In this document: positions 1-7,778 of the stretch, piece by piece | Layout: each line of letters starts with the position of its first letter | Numbering within the stretch: the stretch's first letter is position 1 | Assembly (NCBI GenBank): GCA_003712055.1 | Contig: RHLJ01000007.1 | Coordinates: forward strand, 113,512 to 177,511 | Reading direction: 5' to 3' | From: Balneola sp. | Lineage (GTDB): Bacteria > Bacteroidota > Rhodothermia > Balneolales > Balneolaceae | DNA length: 64,000 nucleotides | Position numbers and translations under genes: made by a program | The notes under the pieces: generated by a model | Told to the model about the DNA's origin: nothing | The model's input: only the letters and a program-made list of their open reading frames with translations | Database searches by the model: none

Positions 1-616
1 CTCCCGAGTAATCATCTTTATACATCCAGGCTATAGCCATTACATGAGGTATTTGCCATAGAAACAGAATTCCGAAGAAGAGCCACATTCCGGGTTCTGT
101 AATTGTCCCAGAAGCAGCTGCCCACCCGCCAACTGGAGGTAAAGCACCAGGAATTGCACCAACCATAATGTTAAAAGCAGAAACACGCTTCAATGGTGTA
201 TAAGCAGCCAGATAAATTAGCGCCGTTGCAAATGAAACCAATCCGGCAACCATATTTACCATTAACACAAGATAGGTAAGTCCACTAAACAGTAGAGTCA
301 ATGAAAAGACGGCTCCTTTTTGAGCAGGAACCCGCTGCGCAGGTAAAGGCCTTGACTCAGTACGTTTCATTAAGCCATCAAGATTACGCTCCATAAACTG
401 ATTATGTGCTCCGGTACCTGCTGCAATCAGGTATGTTCCAATCAGGGCATGAAGCATTGTAATGAAATCTATAGAACCTGCACTACCTACAACAAAGCCA
501 ACAAGCATACTAATAAGAACAGCGAAAGTAATTCCGGGCTTGGTAAGCTGGTAATAATCAGAAATGATCTCAGAAAAGGAACGCTGTACGGCGACTTTTT
601 CTTCGTTTGAATGCAT
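1..616 (-). CDS. ctaB: Protoheme IX farnesyltransferase (heme O synthase), 5' part only; gene continues past the left window edge
   Basis: Absent from the ORF track because the window edge cuts it. Own translation of the minus strand from ATG (616-614) stays open to position 1: MHSNEEKVAVQRSFSEIISDYYQLTKPGITFAVLISMLVGF..GAHNQFMERNLDGLMKRTESRPLPAQR..MVGAIPGALPPVGGWAAASG..FLWQIPHVMAIAWMYKDDY. The NQFMERNLDGLMKRTESRPLP block and the multi-TM pattern fit UbiA-family heme O synthases. The divergent neighbour is heme A synthase. Confidence 0.85.
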   Translation of the reverse strand, partial: MHSNEEKVAVQRSFSEIISDYYQLTKPGITFAVLISMLVGFVVGSAGSIDFITMLHALIGTYLIAAGTGAHNQFMERNLDGLMKRTESRPLPAQRVPAQKGAVFSLTLLFSGLTYLVLMVNMVAGLVSFATALIYLAAYTPLKRVSAFNIMVGAIPGALPPVGGWAAASGTITEPGMWLFFGILFLWQIPHVMAIAWMYKDDYSG

Positions 617-694
617 GTATTTAGTTGTCTAGAAGCGTAATTTCAAAGGCACAAAAGATACTTATTTCAATCCAAATTTGGTACCCATTCGTTC

Positions 695-1624
695 ATGAAA
701 TTAAATCCCTACCAGAAGACAGCATTTGCAACTGTTTTTGCCACTTTATTTTTAATTCTGGTCGGGGGGTTGGTAAGAGCCGCAGGGGCTGGTTTGGGGT
801 GCCCAGATTGGCCGAAATGTTTCGGTACATGGATTCCCCCGACTAATGTGGTTGATTTACCTCCCGAATTTGAGGCATCACAGTTCAATGTTTGGAAGAC
901 CTGGATAGAGTATGTAAACCGGTTGGTTGGGGTTGTGATCGGCTTACTCATAATAGCTACTTTCGTTCGATCATTTAGATATAGAAAGTCGGTGCCCAGT
1001 GTTTTCTATAGCTCAGGGGCAGCATTTGTACTGGTGCTGGTACAAGGTTGGCTAGGAGGGCAGGTAGTTAAAACGGGACTAAGCGAATGGATGATTACTA
1101 TTCATATGATCTTGGCACTTATCATTGTAAATGTATTAGTCTATGCCAGTTTTAAATCTGCTACGGAGTTTATAAAGATCGAGCTTTCGGAAGCGGTACG
1201 AAAAAAATTATTTATTACGGGTTCTGTACTATTGGGTATCACCTTTATTCAATTAGTTTTGGGAACCCAGGTTAGAGAAGCAATTGATGTAATTAAAGAA
1301 GCGGATGGAATAATCCCTCCAAGATCAACCTGGATAGGTAAGGTAGGAGATATCTTTTCGATCCATCGCAGTTTTTCCTGGCTGGTTCTTATTTCGGGAG
1401 CAGTACTTATGTATTTTGTTTATAGACCTAAACTTTCAGGACCTATTTTTAAGTTAGCCAACCTGAATTTTGTCTTTATTCTTTCACAAATAGCTGCGGG
1501 AGTAATACTAGAGTATTTTGATATGCCCCCTGCATTTCAAGTAGTTCACCTTGTAGGTATAGCACTTATGGTTTGTGCTCAATTCTTGATGTTGCTAATG
1601 CTTCGCTTGCGAGTTACGGATTAA
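695..1624 (+). CDS. ctaA: Heme A synthase (COX15/CtaA family)
   Basis: 309-aa polytopic membrane ORF with the N-terminal GCPDWPKCFG motif typical of COX15/CtaA. Paired head-to-head with the heme O synthase gene. Confidence 0.8.
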   Translation: MKLNPYQKTAFATVFATLFLILVGGLVRAAGAGLGCPDWPKCFGTWIPPTNVVDLPPEFEASQFNVWKTWIEYVNRLVGVVIGLLIIATFVRSFRYRKSVPSVFYSSGAAFVLVLVQGWLGGQVVKTGLSEWMITIHMILALIIVNVLVYASFKSATEFIKIELSEAVRKKLFITGSVLLGITFIQLVLGTQVREAIDVIKEADGIIPPRSTWIGKVGDIFSIHRSFSWLVLISGAVLMYFVYRPKLSGPIFKLANLNFVFILSQIAAGVILEYFDMPPAFQVVHLVGIALMVCAQFLMLLMLRLRVTD

Positions 1625-1947
1625 AGTTTCTCAAGTAACTGGTTAAGGAAAACCTTCATTTCCATAAGGTCTTTTTTCAAATTTGGAGAGAGAGAGGATG
1701 GCTCGTCAACTGCTTCATCTGTTCCGTCTAATACCTTTTTTACGCCTTCACTTGTATATTTTTTGTCTTCCAAAAGTTCTTTAATTCTAAAAATCAGATT
1801 TACATCGTCTTCACGGTAAACCCTGTTTCCTGCACTATTCTTTTTTGGGCTGAGCTGAGCGTAGGTCTTTTCCCAATTCCGAAGAACATGTGGAGCTAAA
1901 CCAGTTAGCTTCGTGACTTCACCCATTGAGTAATACAATTTTTTCAT
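1621..1947 (-). CDS. MerR-family transcriptional regulator (short, HTH only)
   Basis: 108-aa ORF. The N-terminal YYSMGEVTKLTGLAPHVLRNWEKTY..GNRVYREDDV matches the MerR helix-turn-helix/wing pattern. Its stop overlaps the ctaA stop (TTAA at 1621-1624). Confidence 0.7.
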   Translation of the reverse strand: MKKLYYSMGEVTKLTGLAPHVLRNWEKTYAQLSPKKNSAGNRVYREDDVNLIFRIKELLEDKKYTSEGVKKVLDGTDEAVDEPSSLSPNLKKDLMEMKVFLNQLLEKL

Positions 1948-2027
1948 AGTATTAAGAAAGTGTATTTTAGCACAGTTTTTTTAACCAACAAGAAAATCAT
2001 TTCTAAACTTTTTTAAAAGGCTCCATT

Positions 2028-2978
2028 TTGCCAGAAATAGAAAACAGTTTTCCATTTGACATAAGTGTAGTTGTACCCCTCTTCAACGAAGCAGAATCAT
2101 TACCAGAACTTGAACAAGCTATAGAATCTTCTTTGAAAGGGAAATACTCTTATGAGATAATATTCGTGGACGATGGATCTACAGATGAGTCATGGAAGGT
2201 AATAAAGTCTCTTGGTGAGAAAGGGGAGTACATAAAAGGAATTTCGTTCAGAAATAATCAGGGTAAAAGTGTTGCACTACAATCTGGTTTTGAAGCAGCA
2301 TCAGGTAAATATGTGATTACCATGGATGCCGATTTGCAAGACGATCCACAGGAAGTACCAGAGATGGTTAAAATGCTCGAAGAGGGTTTTGATTTGGTAA
2401 GTGGTTGGAAAAAAGAACGTTTTGACCCCATCTCCAAGACCATACCATCCAAGTTCTTTAATTTTGTCACTAGTTCTGCTACCGGGATAAAACTACACGA
2501 TTTCAATTGTGGGCTTAAAGCATATAAATCGGATGTGGTTAAGAACATCTATTTGTATGGCGAGCTGCATCGGTATGTACCAATGTTAGCTAAGAAAGAA
2601 GGATTTAATGCAATTACTGAGAAGATAGTTAAACATCATCCGCGAAAGTACGGAAGTACAAAATTCGGACTTTCAAGATTTATTAATGGCTTTCTGGATT
2701 TAATAACTATTCTTTTTGTTCAGCGCTATCTTCAAAAGCCGATGCATTTTTTTGGAAGTATAGGGATACTTTTACTTGCTGTTGGTGGCGTTATTAATAT
2801 TTATATGGCAGTACTTCGTTTAGTATTCAACATGGGTATCGGAAGCAGGCCATTACTTTTTCTAGGCATCCTGCTAATGGTCCTTGGAGTTCAGTTCTTT
2901 TCAACCGGTCTATTGGGAGAACTCATCAATATCCACCATGTAGAAAAAAAGAAGCCGGGAATTAAAGAGAGCTTTTAA
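2028..2978 (+). CDS. GT2 polyprenol-phosphate glycosyltransferase (GtrB/DPM1/ArnC-like)
   Basis: 316-aa ORF with a TTG start. GT-A motifs VVVPLFNE, FVDDGSTD and MDADLQDD, plus two C-terminal TM helices, the usual architecture of bactoprenol-phosphate hexose transferases. Confidence 0.8.
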   Translation: MPEIENSFPFDISVVVPLFNEAESLPELEQAIESSLKGKYSYEIIFVDDGSTDESWKVIKSLGEKGEYIKGISFRNNQGKSVALQSGFEAASGKYVITMDADLQDDPQEVPEMVKMLEEGFDLVSGWKKERFDPISKTIPSKFFNFVTSSATGIKLHDFNCGLKAYKSDVVKNIYLYGELHRYVPMLAKKEGFNAITEKIVKHHPRKYGSTKFGLSRFINGFLDLITILFVQRYLQKPMHFFGSIGILLLAVGGVINIYMAVLRLVFNMGIGSRPLLFLGILLMVLGVQFFSTGLLGELINIHHVEKKKPGIKESF

Positions 2979-2992
2979 GCTATTTGAGTTTT

Positions 2993-3418
2993 CTACTCAT
3001 TCGGTTCGAATAACTTCTTTCTCTCAAAGGCATACCGCTTACTGTAAAAATTGTAGAGAAATACGGTGCTTGTGGTAATTACTTTTGCAGCCAATAAGTG
3101 TTCTTCAAAGAAAGGGAGTTGAATGAGTAAATAGATAATGAGTGTACTCAACCCTAAGCCGATAACAGAAAAAATCACCGATAGATGGAAAGCAGTCGCT
3201 ACCCTTCGGTGTAGCTCAAAAACAAAAGCTTTTTGAAGAAAGAAGTTGACTACCACAGCAGTAGAGTATGCTATGACCTGCGCGAGTACAACCGGTATTG
3301 AAACAACAAACTCAACGAGGGAGAAAAAAACTAAATAATTGATAGAGGTGGCAATCGCGGAATTTGCCCCGTATTTTAGTTTTGGAATAATAAAGCTCTT
3401 TACAGAGTGTTTGTTCAT
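2993..3418 (-). CDS. GtrA-family membrane protein
   Basis: 141-aa ORF with four hydrophobic helices. Size, topology and position next to a GtrB-like GT2 fit the GtrA family. Confidence 0.65.
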   Translation of the reverse strand: MNKHSVKSFIIPKLKYGANSAIATSINYLVFFSLVEFVVSIPVVLAQVIAYSTAVVVNFFLQKAFVFELHRRVATAFHLSVIFSVIGLGLSTLIIYLLIQLPFFEEHLLAAKVITTSTVFLYNFYSKRYAFERKKLFEPNE

Positions 3419-3432
3419 CTACAAACTCAAAG

Positions 3433-4275
3433 TTGGTAAAAAGGAAAGTAAAAATATTGCGGCTATTAAGTATATGTATAATTCTGCTCGCAGGAGGTAG
3501 TACCGTTTTAAGTCAGGAGGTTGACACACTTGAAACAGAGGAATTGCCCAAGTATTGGGATCATACTGAATGTGTAAGAAACCTTTTCATAGAATCTGAT
3601 ACCACCAAAGCTCGTTTTGGAGAGGGAGCTGAGATTGATTTTTTACTCGAACGCAGCTCTGATTGTGAAGAAGTAGGGCCAGTTTCAAGAAGGATAGCAC
3701 TCCGGTACCTGGAATGGGGAGACACAACCTATGATGATATTGCAAGTGAGTCCAGGAGTAAAAAAGATCTTTTCAAGGAAGGGTTGTCCTGGGCAAAAAC
3801 TTCAATCAGGCAGGATAGTACTGATCATGAGAATTATGAAATAGCCTCTACTGCATTTGCAGCTTTACTCACCGTTTCCAGACTTCGTACTCAAGCAAAG
3901 TTAGCTGATAGTGTAAGGATATATGCCGAAAGTGCCATTCGGCTTCATCCTGAAAATGACAGGGCTCATCACATCTTGGGAAGATGGCACTATGAAGTAT
4001 CAAAACTAGGGTGGCTCACTAAATTCCTTTCGAGAGTTGTTTTCAGAGAACCTCAGGACGGATCTTTTGAAAAAGCAGAAGAGCACTTCAACAAAGCTAT
4101 TGAATTGGATAATATTTCAACACATAGATTCTGGCTAGGGATGGCCTACCTCGAACAAGGTAAAAAAGAACAAGCCCTTGAGCAGTTTAGGATTATCCAA
4201 ACGTTGCCTTATGTTCAACACAATGACGATTATCTTAAAGAAGAAGCAAAAAAGCTTATTGAAAAACATAGCTAA
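3433..4275 (+). CDS. Secreted helical-repeat (TPR-like) protein, function unknown
   Basis: 280-aa ORF with a TTG start and signal-like N-terminus MVKRKVKILRLLSICIILLAGGSTVLSQE. The remainder is alpha-helical-repeat-like (..AHHILGRWHYEV.., ..FWLGMAYLEQGKKEQALEQF..). First gene of a co-directional trio. Confidence 0.55.
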   Translation: MVKRKVKILRLLSICIILLAGGSTVLSQEVDTLETEELPKYWDHTECVRNLFIESDTTKARFGEGAEIDFLLERSSDCEEVGPVSRRIALRYLEWGDTTYDDIASESRSKKDLFKEGLSWAKTSIRQDSTDHENYEIASTAFAALLTVSRLRTQAKLADSVRIYAESAIRLHPENDRAHHILGRWHYEVSKLGWLTKFLSRVVFREPQDGSFEKAEEHFNKAIELDNISTHRFWLGMAYLEQGKKEQALEQFRIIQTLPYVQHNDDYLKEEAKKLIEKHS

Positions 4276-4293
4276 TTTGCTACCATTCATTTT

Positions 4294-5427
4294 ATGAGAA
4301 CGTTTTTGCTGGTTCTTCTTATTACTGTACCCATTACTTTGTGGGCTCAGGATTCAACTCGAATAGGTACTAAATATGCCCCCATTCCAGAGCTTTCGTT
4401 CAGTACAGATAATGGAGTGAAAATTGCTACTGATCTACTCGTGTACGGCTATGGATTTGAATCAGTAACTCCTTTCGAGAGTTTTTCAAGGTATAGAGTA
4501 TCCTATGAAACTATAGGAGCTTTTTCGTTATTGGCTTCAAGAGACGACGTAAACGCCTTTGGAACCAGAAAACGAGTATTCTATTATGCCTTCGCGAACA
4601 GAGGTCTTTCTAACTATTTTTTTGGGGATACTGACAGACAAGATTATGATGAAGCCAGGTTCGATTCCACAGATTTCTACAACTTTGATATGGTTAGAGT
4701 AGATATAGGGGGAGTAGTTCGAACTCCTATTGAAGCCTGGGATCCGGATAAAAGAATCGAGTTGAAAACTGGATTGAGTCTTATCTATGAACGGCCATTT
4801 GATACTTCTGCCACAGACTTTATAAACACAGAACGGATTGAGGGAAGGGATGGAGCCTTTTTGAGTCTTTTTGAATTAGGGTTAATTATTGATCAAAGAA
4901 ATTCAGAATTCCGCGCTGGTCAAGGATACCTTATTGATGTAGGCACCAGATATTCACCAATTGGCTTAAGTACTCATCATGGAATTCAAAACTATCTAAC
5001 GGCGCTTGGTTTTTTGCCCCTAACAAAGAGGTTCCCTGAAGTCACCATGGCTACAAGGTTCTCATTTGTCAACTCAGCAGGTGAAAAACCTTATTGGTTT
5101 ACACCTGCACTAGGAGGTAGCGAAAATTTAAGAGGATTTATTTACCGGCGTTTTACAAGTGATAACGCACTTTCATACACGGTTGAGCTAAGAACCTGGT
5201 TGATAAGTTTGCCTTTCAAAAGCATTGATTTAGGAGGTCATGTTTTTATGGACGGAGGTAGGGTTTTCTCAAATAATAATTGGGATTCAGCATTCAGCGA
5301 TCATAAGTATGCATTGGGTTTAGGGGGAGTAATGTCTATCTTCACACCCGATTTTATCTTAAAAGCTGAAGTTGGTTTTTCGGAAGATGGAACGGGAATA
5401 TATTTAGGAACCGGATACTCTTTTTGA
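4294..5427 (+). CDS. Outer-membrane beta-barrel protein, Omp85/surface-antigen type without POTRA domains
   Basis: 377-aa ORF with signal peptide MRTFLLVLLITVPITLWAQ. Alternating beta-strand pattern, an Omp85 loop-6-like GGSENLRGF motif and a C-terminal ..TGYSF aromatic end. Paralog of 23388-24533. Confidence 0.65.
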   Translation: MRTFLLVLLITVPITLWAQDSTRIGTKYAPIPELSFSTDNGVKIATDLLVYGYGFESVTPFESFSRYRVSYETIGAFSLLASRDDVNAFGTRKRVFYYAFANRGLSNYFFGDTDRQDYDEARFDSTDFYNFDMVRVDIGGVVRTPIEAWDPDKRIELKTGLSLIYERPFDTSATDFINTERIEGRDGAFLSLFELGLIIDQRNSEFRAGQGYLIDVGTRYSPIGLSTHHGIQNYLTALGFLPLTKRFPEVTMATRFSFVNSAGEKPYWFTPALGGSENLRGFIYRRFTSDNALSYTVELRTWLISLPFKSIDLGGHVFMDGGRVFSNNNWDSAFSDHKYALGLGGVMSIFTPDFILKAEVGFSEDGTGIYLGTGYSF

Positions 5428-5484
5428 TAAGCTCAGCTCAACTATTCAAAAGAAAGTGATACCAGAAAAGGTCAGTCGATTTTA

Positions 5485-6966
5485 ATGTTACAAAGCCCTA
5501 TTCCTGAGTTAATTCTAGTCCTTTTTGGGATTGCAGTTCTACTGATTACCATCTACACCTTCGGTGAATTTCACCTGGTTTACTTTGTAGTTACTAAAAA
5601 GAAGAAAAAGAGATTTCAACCCGCTTTACCCTCATATATAAGAGATGAGCTTCCAAAAGTAACGGTTCAATTGCCCATGTATAATGAACGGTATGTAGCT
5701 GAGGCTGTTATCGACTCATGCGCGGTATTAGATTATCCAAGGGATAAATTTGAAATTCAGGTTGTAGACGATTCCAATGATGAAACGGTGGAAATCGTAG
5801 ATAAACGAGTTGCATACTGGAAAGAGCAAGGGATCAATATTGAGGTTTTTCGAAGAGAAGAAAGGAAAGGCTATAAAGCGGGAGCACTAAAGGATGCAAT
5901 ACCTTTTGCTTCCGGGGAATTTCTGGCTGTATTTGATGCAGACTTTAGACCAAACCAGGATTTTCTGCTTAAATCTATTCCTTATTTCCAGGATGAGAAG
6001 GTAGGTATAGTACAAGGAAGATGGGGGCACTTGAATCGTGACTATTCAACACTTACCAGAGCACAAAGTCTTTTTCTGGATATGTTTTTTATGATTGAGC
6101 AACATGCACGATCGTTAGCGGGGTATTATCTCCGCTTTAATGGTTCGGGAGGGATTTGGAGAAAATCATGCATTGAAGATGCCGGAGGCTGGTCAGACGA
6201 TACTATATCGGAGGATTTGGATTTAGTATTCAGGGCACAACTAAAGGATTGGAAAGTTATTTATGATGATTCATTAGAAGTACCCGCCGAAGTTCCCATC
6301 AACCTTTTAGACTTTAAGGCTCAGCAATATCGATGGTCGAAAGGGAAAGCCCAGGTAATCAAAAAACTAAGCGGCAAATTGTTAAAGAAAAAGATGCCCT
6401 TTTTGAACAAGCTTCATGTTTTCTTTGACCTCTATAATATTTTCGTAATACCTGCTCTTGTATTAATTGCACTGTTAAGTATCCCAATCACGTTTTTAAT
6501 TATTGAAACGGATGTTTATAACAAATATCTGGCTTGGGGAACCATTGGGCTACTAAATATAATTATACCGCCCTGGTTTGCATGGTTAGTATTAAGGAGA
6601 TACAATGCTACAAAATGGAAAACATTTCTTGATGTAGTTAAATCGATTTTTCCTTTGGCTTTTCTATTACTAGGGATAACGTTAACGCAGCTTGTTTCTA
6701 TTTTCGATGCATATTTTACCAATAACAAGGTTTTCCATCGAACATCGAAATATAATATTGTAGGTAAGGAAGGTTCAGCTAAGGGTAAGATATATGCACC
6801 TCGAAAAATATCTCCCATTACTTATTTGGAAGGCTTATTTGTACTGTATTACAGCTGGGCTATTTATCTGGATATAACTTACAGTACATTTGGTTTTCTT
6901 CACTTCCATATTATTCTTGTGATTAGCTTTGCCTATGTGTTTGTGAATTCATTCAAAAGGGCATAA
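5485..6966 (+). CDS. Processive family-2 glycosyltransferase (cellulose-synthase-like/CslA-like)
   Basis: 493-aa ORF with an N-terminal TM helix and a catalytic core carrying LPMYNE, VDDSND, FDADF, ISEDLDL and QQYRWSKG (the D,D,D,QxxRW signature). At least four C-terminal TM helices. Confidence 0.8.
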   Translation: MLQSPIPELILVLFGIAVLLITIYTFGEFHLVYFVVTKKKKKRFQPALPSYIRDELPKVTVQLPMYNERYVAEAVIDSCAVLDYPRDKFEIQVVDDSNDETVEIVDKRVAYWKEQGINIEVFRREERKGYKAGALKDAIPFASGEFLAVFDADFRPNQDFLLKSIPYFQDEKVGIVQGRWGHLNRDYSTLTRAQSLFLDMFFMIEQHARSLAGYYLRFNGSGGIWRKSCIEDAGGWSDDTISEDLDLVFRAQLKDWKVIYDDSLEVPAEVPINLLDFKAQQYRWSKGKAQVIKKLSGKLLKKKMPFLNKLHVFFDLYNIFVIPALVLIALLSIPITFLIIETDVYNKYLAWGTIGLLNIIIPPWFAWLVLRRYNATKWKTFLDVVKSIFPLAFLLLGITLTQLVSIFDAYFTNNKVFHRTSKYNIVGKEGSAKGKIYAPRKISPITYLEGLFVLYYSWAIYLDITYSTFGFLHFHIILVISFAYVFVNSFKRA

Positions 6967-6968
6967 AA

Positions 6969-6998
6969 AAAGCCGCATCAATAAATTGATCCGGCTTT
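6969..6998. terminator. Bidirectional intrinsic terminator hairpin
   Basis: AAAGCCG-c-ATCAAT-aa-ATTGAT-c-CGGCTTT is a 13-bp interrupted stem. An A-run lies on the left and T's on the right, so a U-tract follows the hairpin on either strand. It sits between the end of the GT2 gene (+) and the last tRNA of the minus-strand cluster. Confidence 0.7.
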
Positions 6999-7004
6999 AG
7001 TGTG

Positions 7005-7077
7005 TACCGCGTACGGGATTCGAACCCGTGCTACCGCCGTGAAAGGGCGGCGTCCTAGGCCTCTAGACGAACGCGGC
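7005..7077 (-). tRNA. tRNA-Glu (anticodon UUC), copy 1
   Basis: The reverse complement GCCGCGTTCGTCTAGAGGCCTAGGACGCCGCCCTTTCACGGCGGTAGCACGGGTTCGAATCCCGTACGCGGTA folds as a cloverleaf. The anticodon arm CCGCC-CTTTCAC-GGCGG matches the canonical bacterial tRNA-Glu arm. No CCA is encoded. Confidence 0.9.
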
Positions 7078-7096
7078 TGGAAATTAAATTAGTAAG

Positions 7097-7171
7097 GGAG
7101 CCTGATGGGAATCGAACCCACGACCTCTAGTGCCACAAACTAGCGCTCTAACCAACTGAGCTACAGGCTCC
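7097..7171 (-). tRNA. tRNA-His (anticodon GUG) with encoded G-1
   Basis: The reverse complement GGAGCCTGTAGCTCAGTTGGTTAGAGCGCTAGTTTGTGGCACTAGAGGTCGTGGGTTCGATTCCCATCAGGCTCC has anticodon arm CTAGT-TTGTGGC-ACTAG. An extra 5' G pairs with discriminator C73, the tRNA-His hallmark. Confidence 0.88.
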
Positions 7172-7332
7172 ATCTAACATTCAGTAAGTCAAACAAATTA
7201 TTTAGAATCGTCATCATAATGAGCATTGGTTTTGGTAATCAAAATCCAGTAACCAATGGTGCAAATGATAATGCTCGCAATTATAAAATAAATAATAGAA
7301 GATGGCATTGACGTCCTAAATAATAATAAAAG

Positions 7333-7405
7333 TACCGCGTACGGGATTCGAACCCGTGCTACCGCCGTGAAAGGGCGGCGTCCTAGGCCTCTAGACGAAC
7401 GCGGC
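7333..7405 (-). tRNA. tRNA-Glu (anticodon UUC), copy 2
   Basis: 73 nt identical base-for-base to 7005-7077, with different flanks. Confidence 0.9.
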
Positions 7406-7431
7406 AAAATTCAATAAATCAAATAACCTTA

Positions 7432-7505
7432 TGGAGGCGACAGGCGGATTCGAACCGCCGTACGAGGTTTTGCAGACCTCTGCCTAGCCACTCGGCCATG
7501 TCGCC
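7432..7505 (-). tRNA. tRNA-Cys (anticodon GCA), CCA encoded
   Basis: The reverse complement GGCGACATGGCCGAGTGGCTAGGCAGAGGTCTGCAAAACCTCGTACGGCGGTTCGAATCCGCCTGTCGCCTCCA has anticodon arm GAGGT-CTGCAAA-ACCTC and T arm GGCGG-TTCGAAT-CCGCC. Confidence 0.9.
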
Positions 7506-7516
7506 TTACTAAGTAG

Positions 7517-7590
7517 TACGCCCATCAGGACTCGAACCTGAAACCTATTGCTTAGAAGGCAATTGCTCTATCCAGTTGAGCTATGGGCGC
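7517..7590 (-). tRNA. tRNA-Arg (anticodon UCU)
   Basis: The reverse complement GCGCCCATAGCTCAACTGGATAGAGCAATTGCCTTCTAAGCAATAGGTTTCAGGTTCGAGTCCTGATGGGCGTA has anticodon arm ATTGC-CTTCTAA-GCAAT. Confidence 0.88.
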
Positions 7591-7621
7591 TCAACTTATG
7601 TAAGTTTCAATATTTCAAATG

Positions 7622-7695
7622 TCGGGGAGACAGGATTTGAACCTGCGACCCTTCGCTCCCAAAGCGAATGCGCTACCGGGCTGCGCCACTCCCCG
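7622..7695 (-). tRNA. tRNA-Pro (anticodon UGG)
   Basis: The reverse complement CGGGGAGTGGCGCAGCCCGGTAGCGCATTCGCTTTGGGAGCGAAGGGTCGCAGGTTCAAATCCTGTCTCCCCGA has a C1-G72 pair and anticodon arm TTCGC-TTTGGGA-GCGAA. Confidence 0.9.
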
Positions 7696-7778
7696 ATTTC
7701 GAAAGACCACTAAGATAAGGGTTTAAAAAATCGGTTACCAATACTAATCCAAAAAAAGTTTATAAATATTGGCAAGAA

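Noticed and set aside
404-951. Track ORFs 404-610 (+), 625-846 (+) and 709-951 (-)
   Set aside because: 404-610 is antisense to the heme O synthase frame that I translated through this region. 625-846 and 709-951 overlap the ctaA start region in other frames. Their composition is C/N/T-rich or P/T-rich and unlike real proteins, whereas ctaB and ctaA have clear family motifs.
1621-1624. 4-nt overlaps of convergent stop codons (TTAA at 1621-1624; CTAG at 23388-23391)
   Set aside because: They are real in the sequence, but palindromic stop-stop overlaps arise easily in compact genomes. I see no hairpin or other signal suggesting a special mechanism.
7198-7407. 69-aa minus-strand ORF in the tRNA cluster
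   Set aside because: Its first 33 codons are simply the antisense-frame reading of tRNA-Glu copy 2 (7333-7405). Only the internal 36-codon hydrophobic remainder (7198-7308) is free of the tRNA. I have no support for its expression, so it is noted in a finding but not called as a gene.
7005-7695. tRNA cluster as an integration hotspot or genomic-island boundary
   Set aside because: No integrase, direct repeat of a tRNA 3' end, or other mobile-element gene is visible nearby. The flanking genes are ordinary glycosyltransferase genes.
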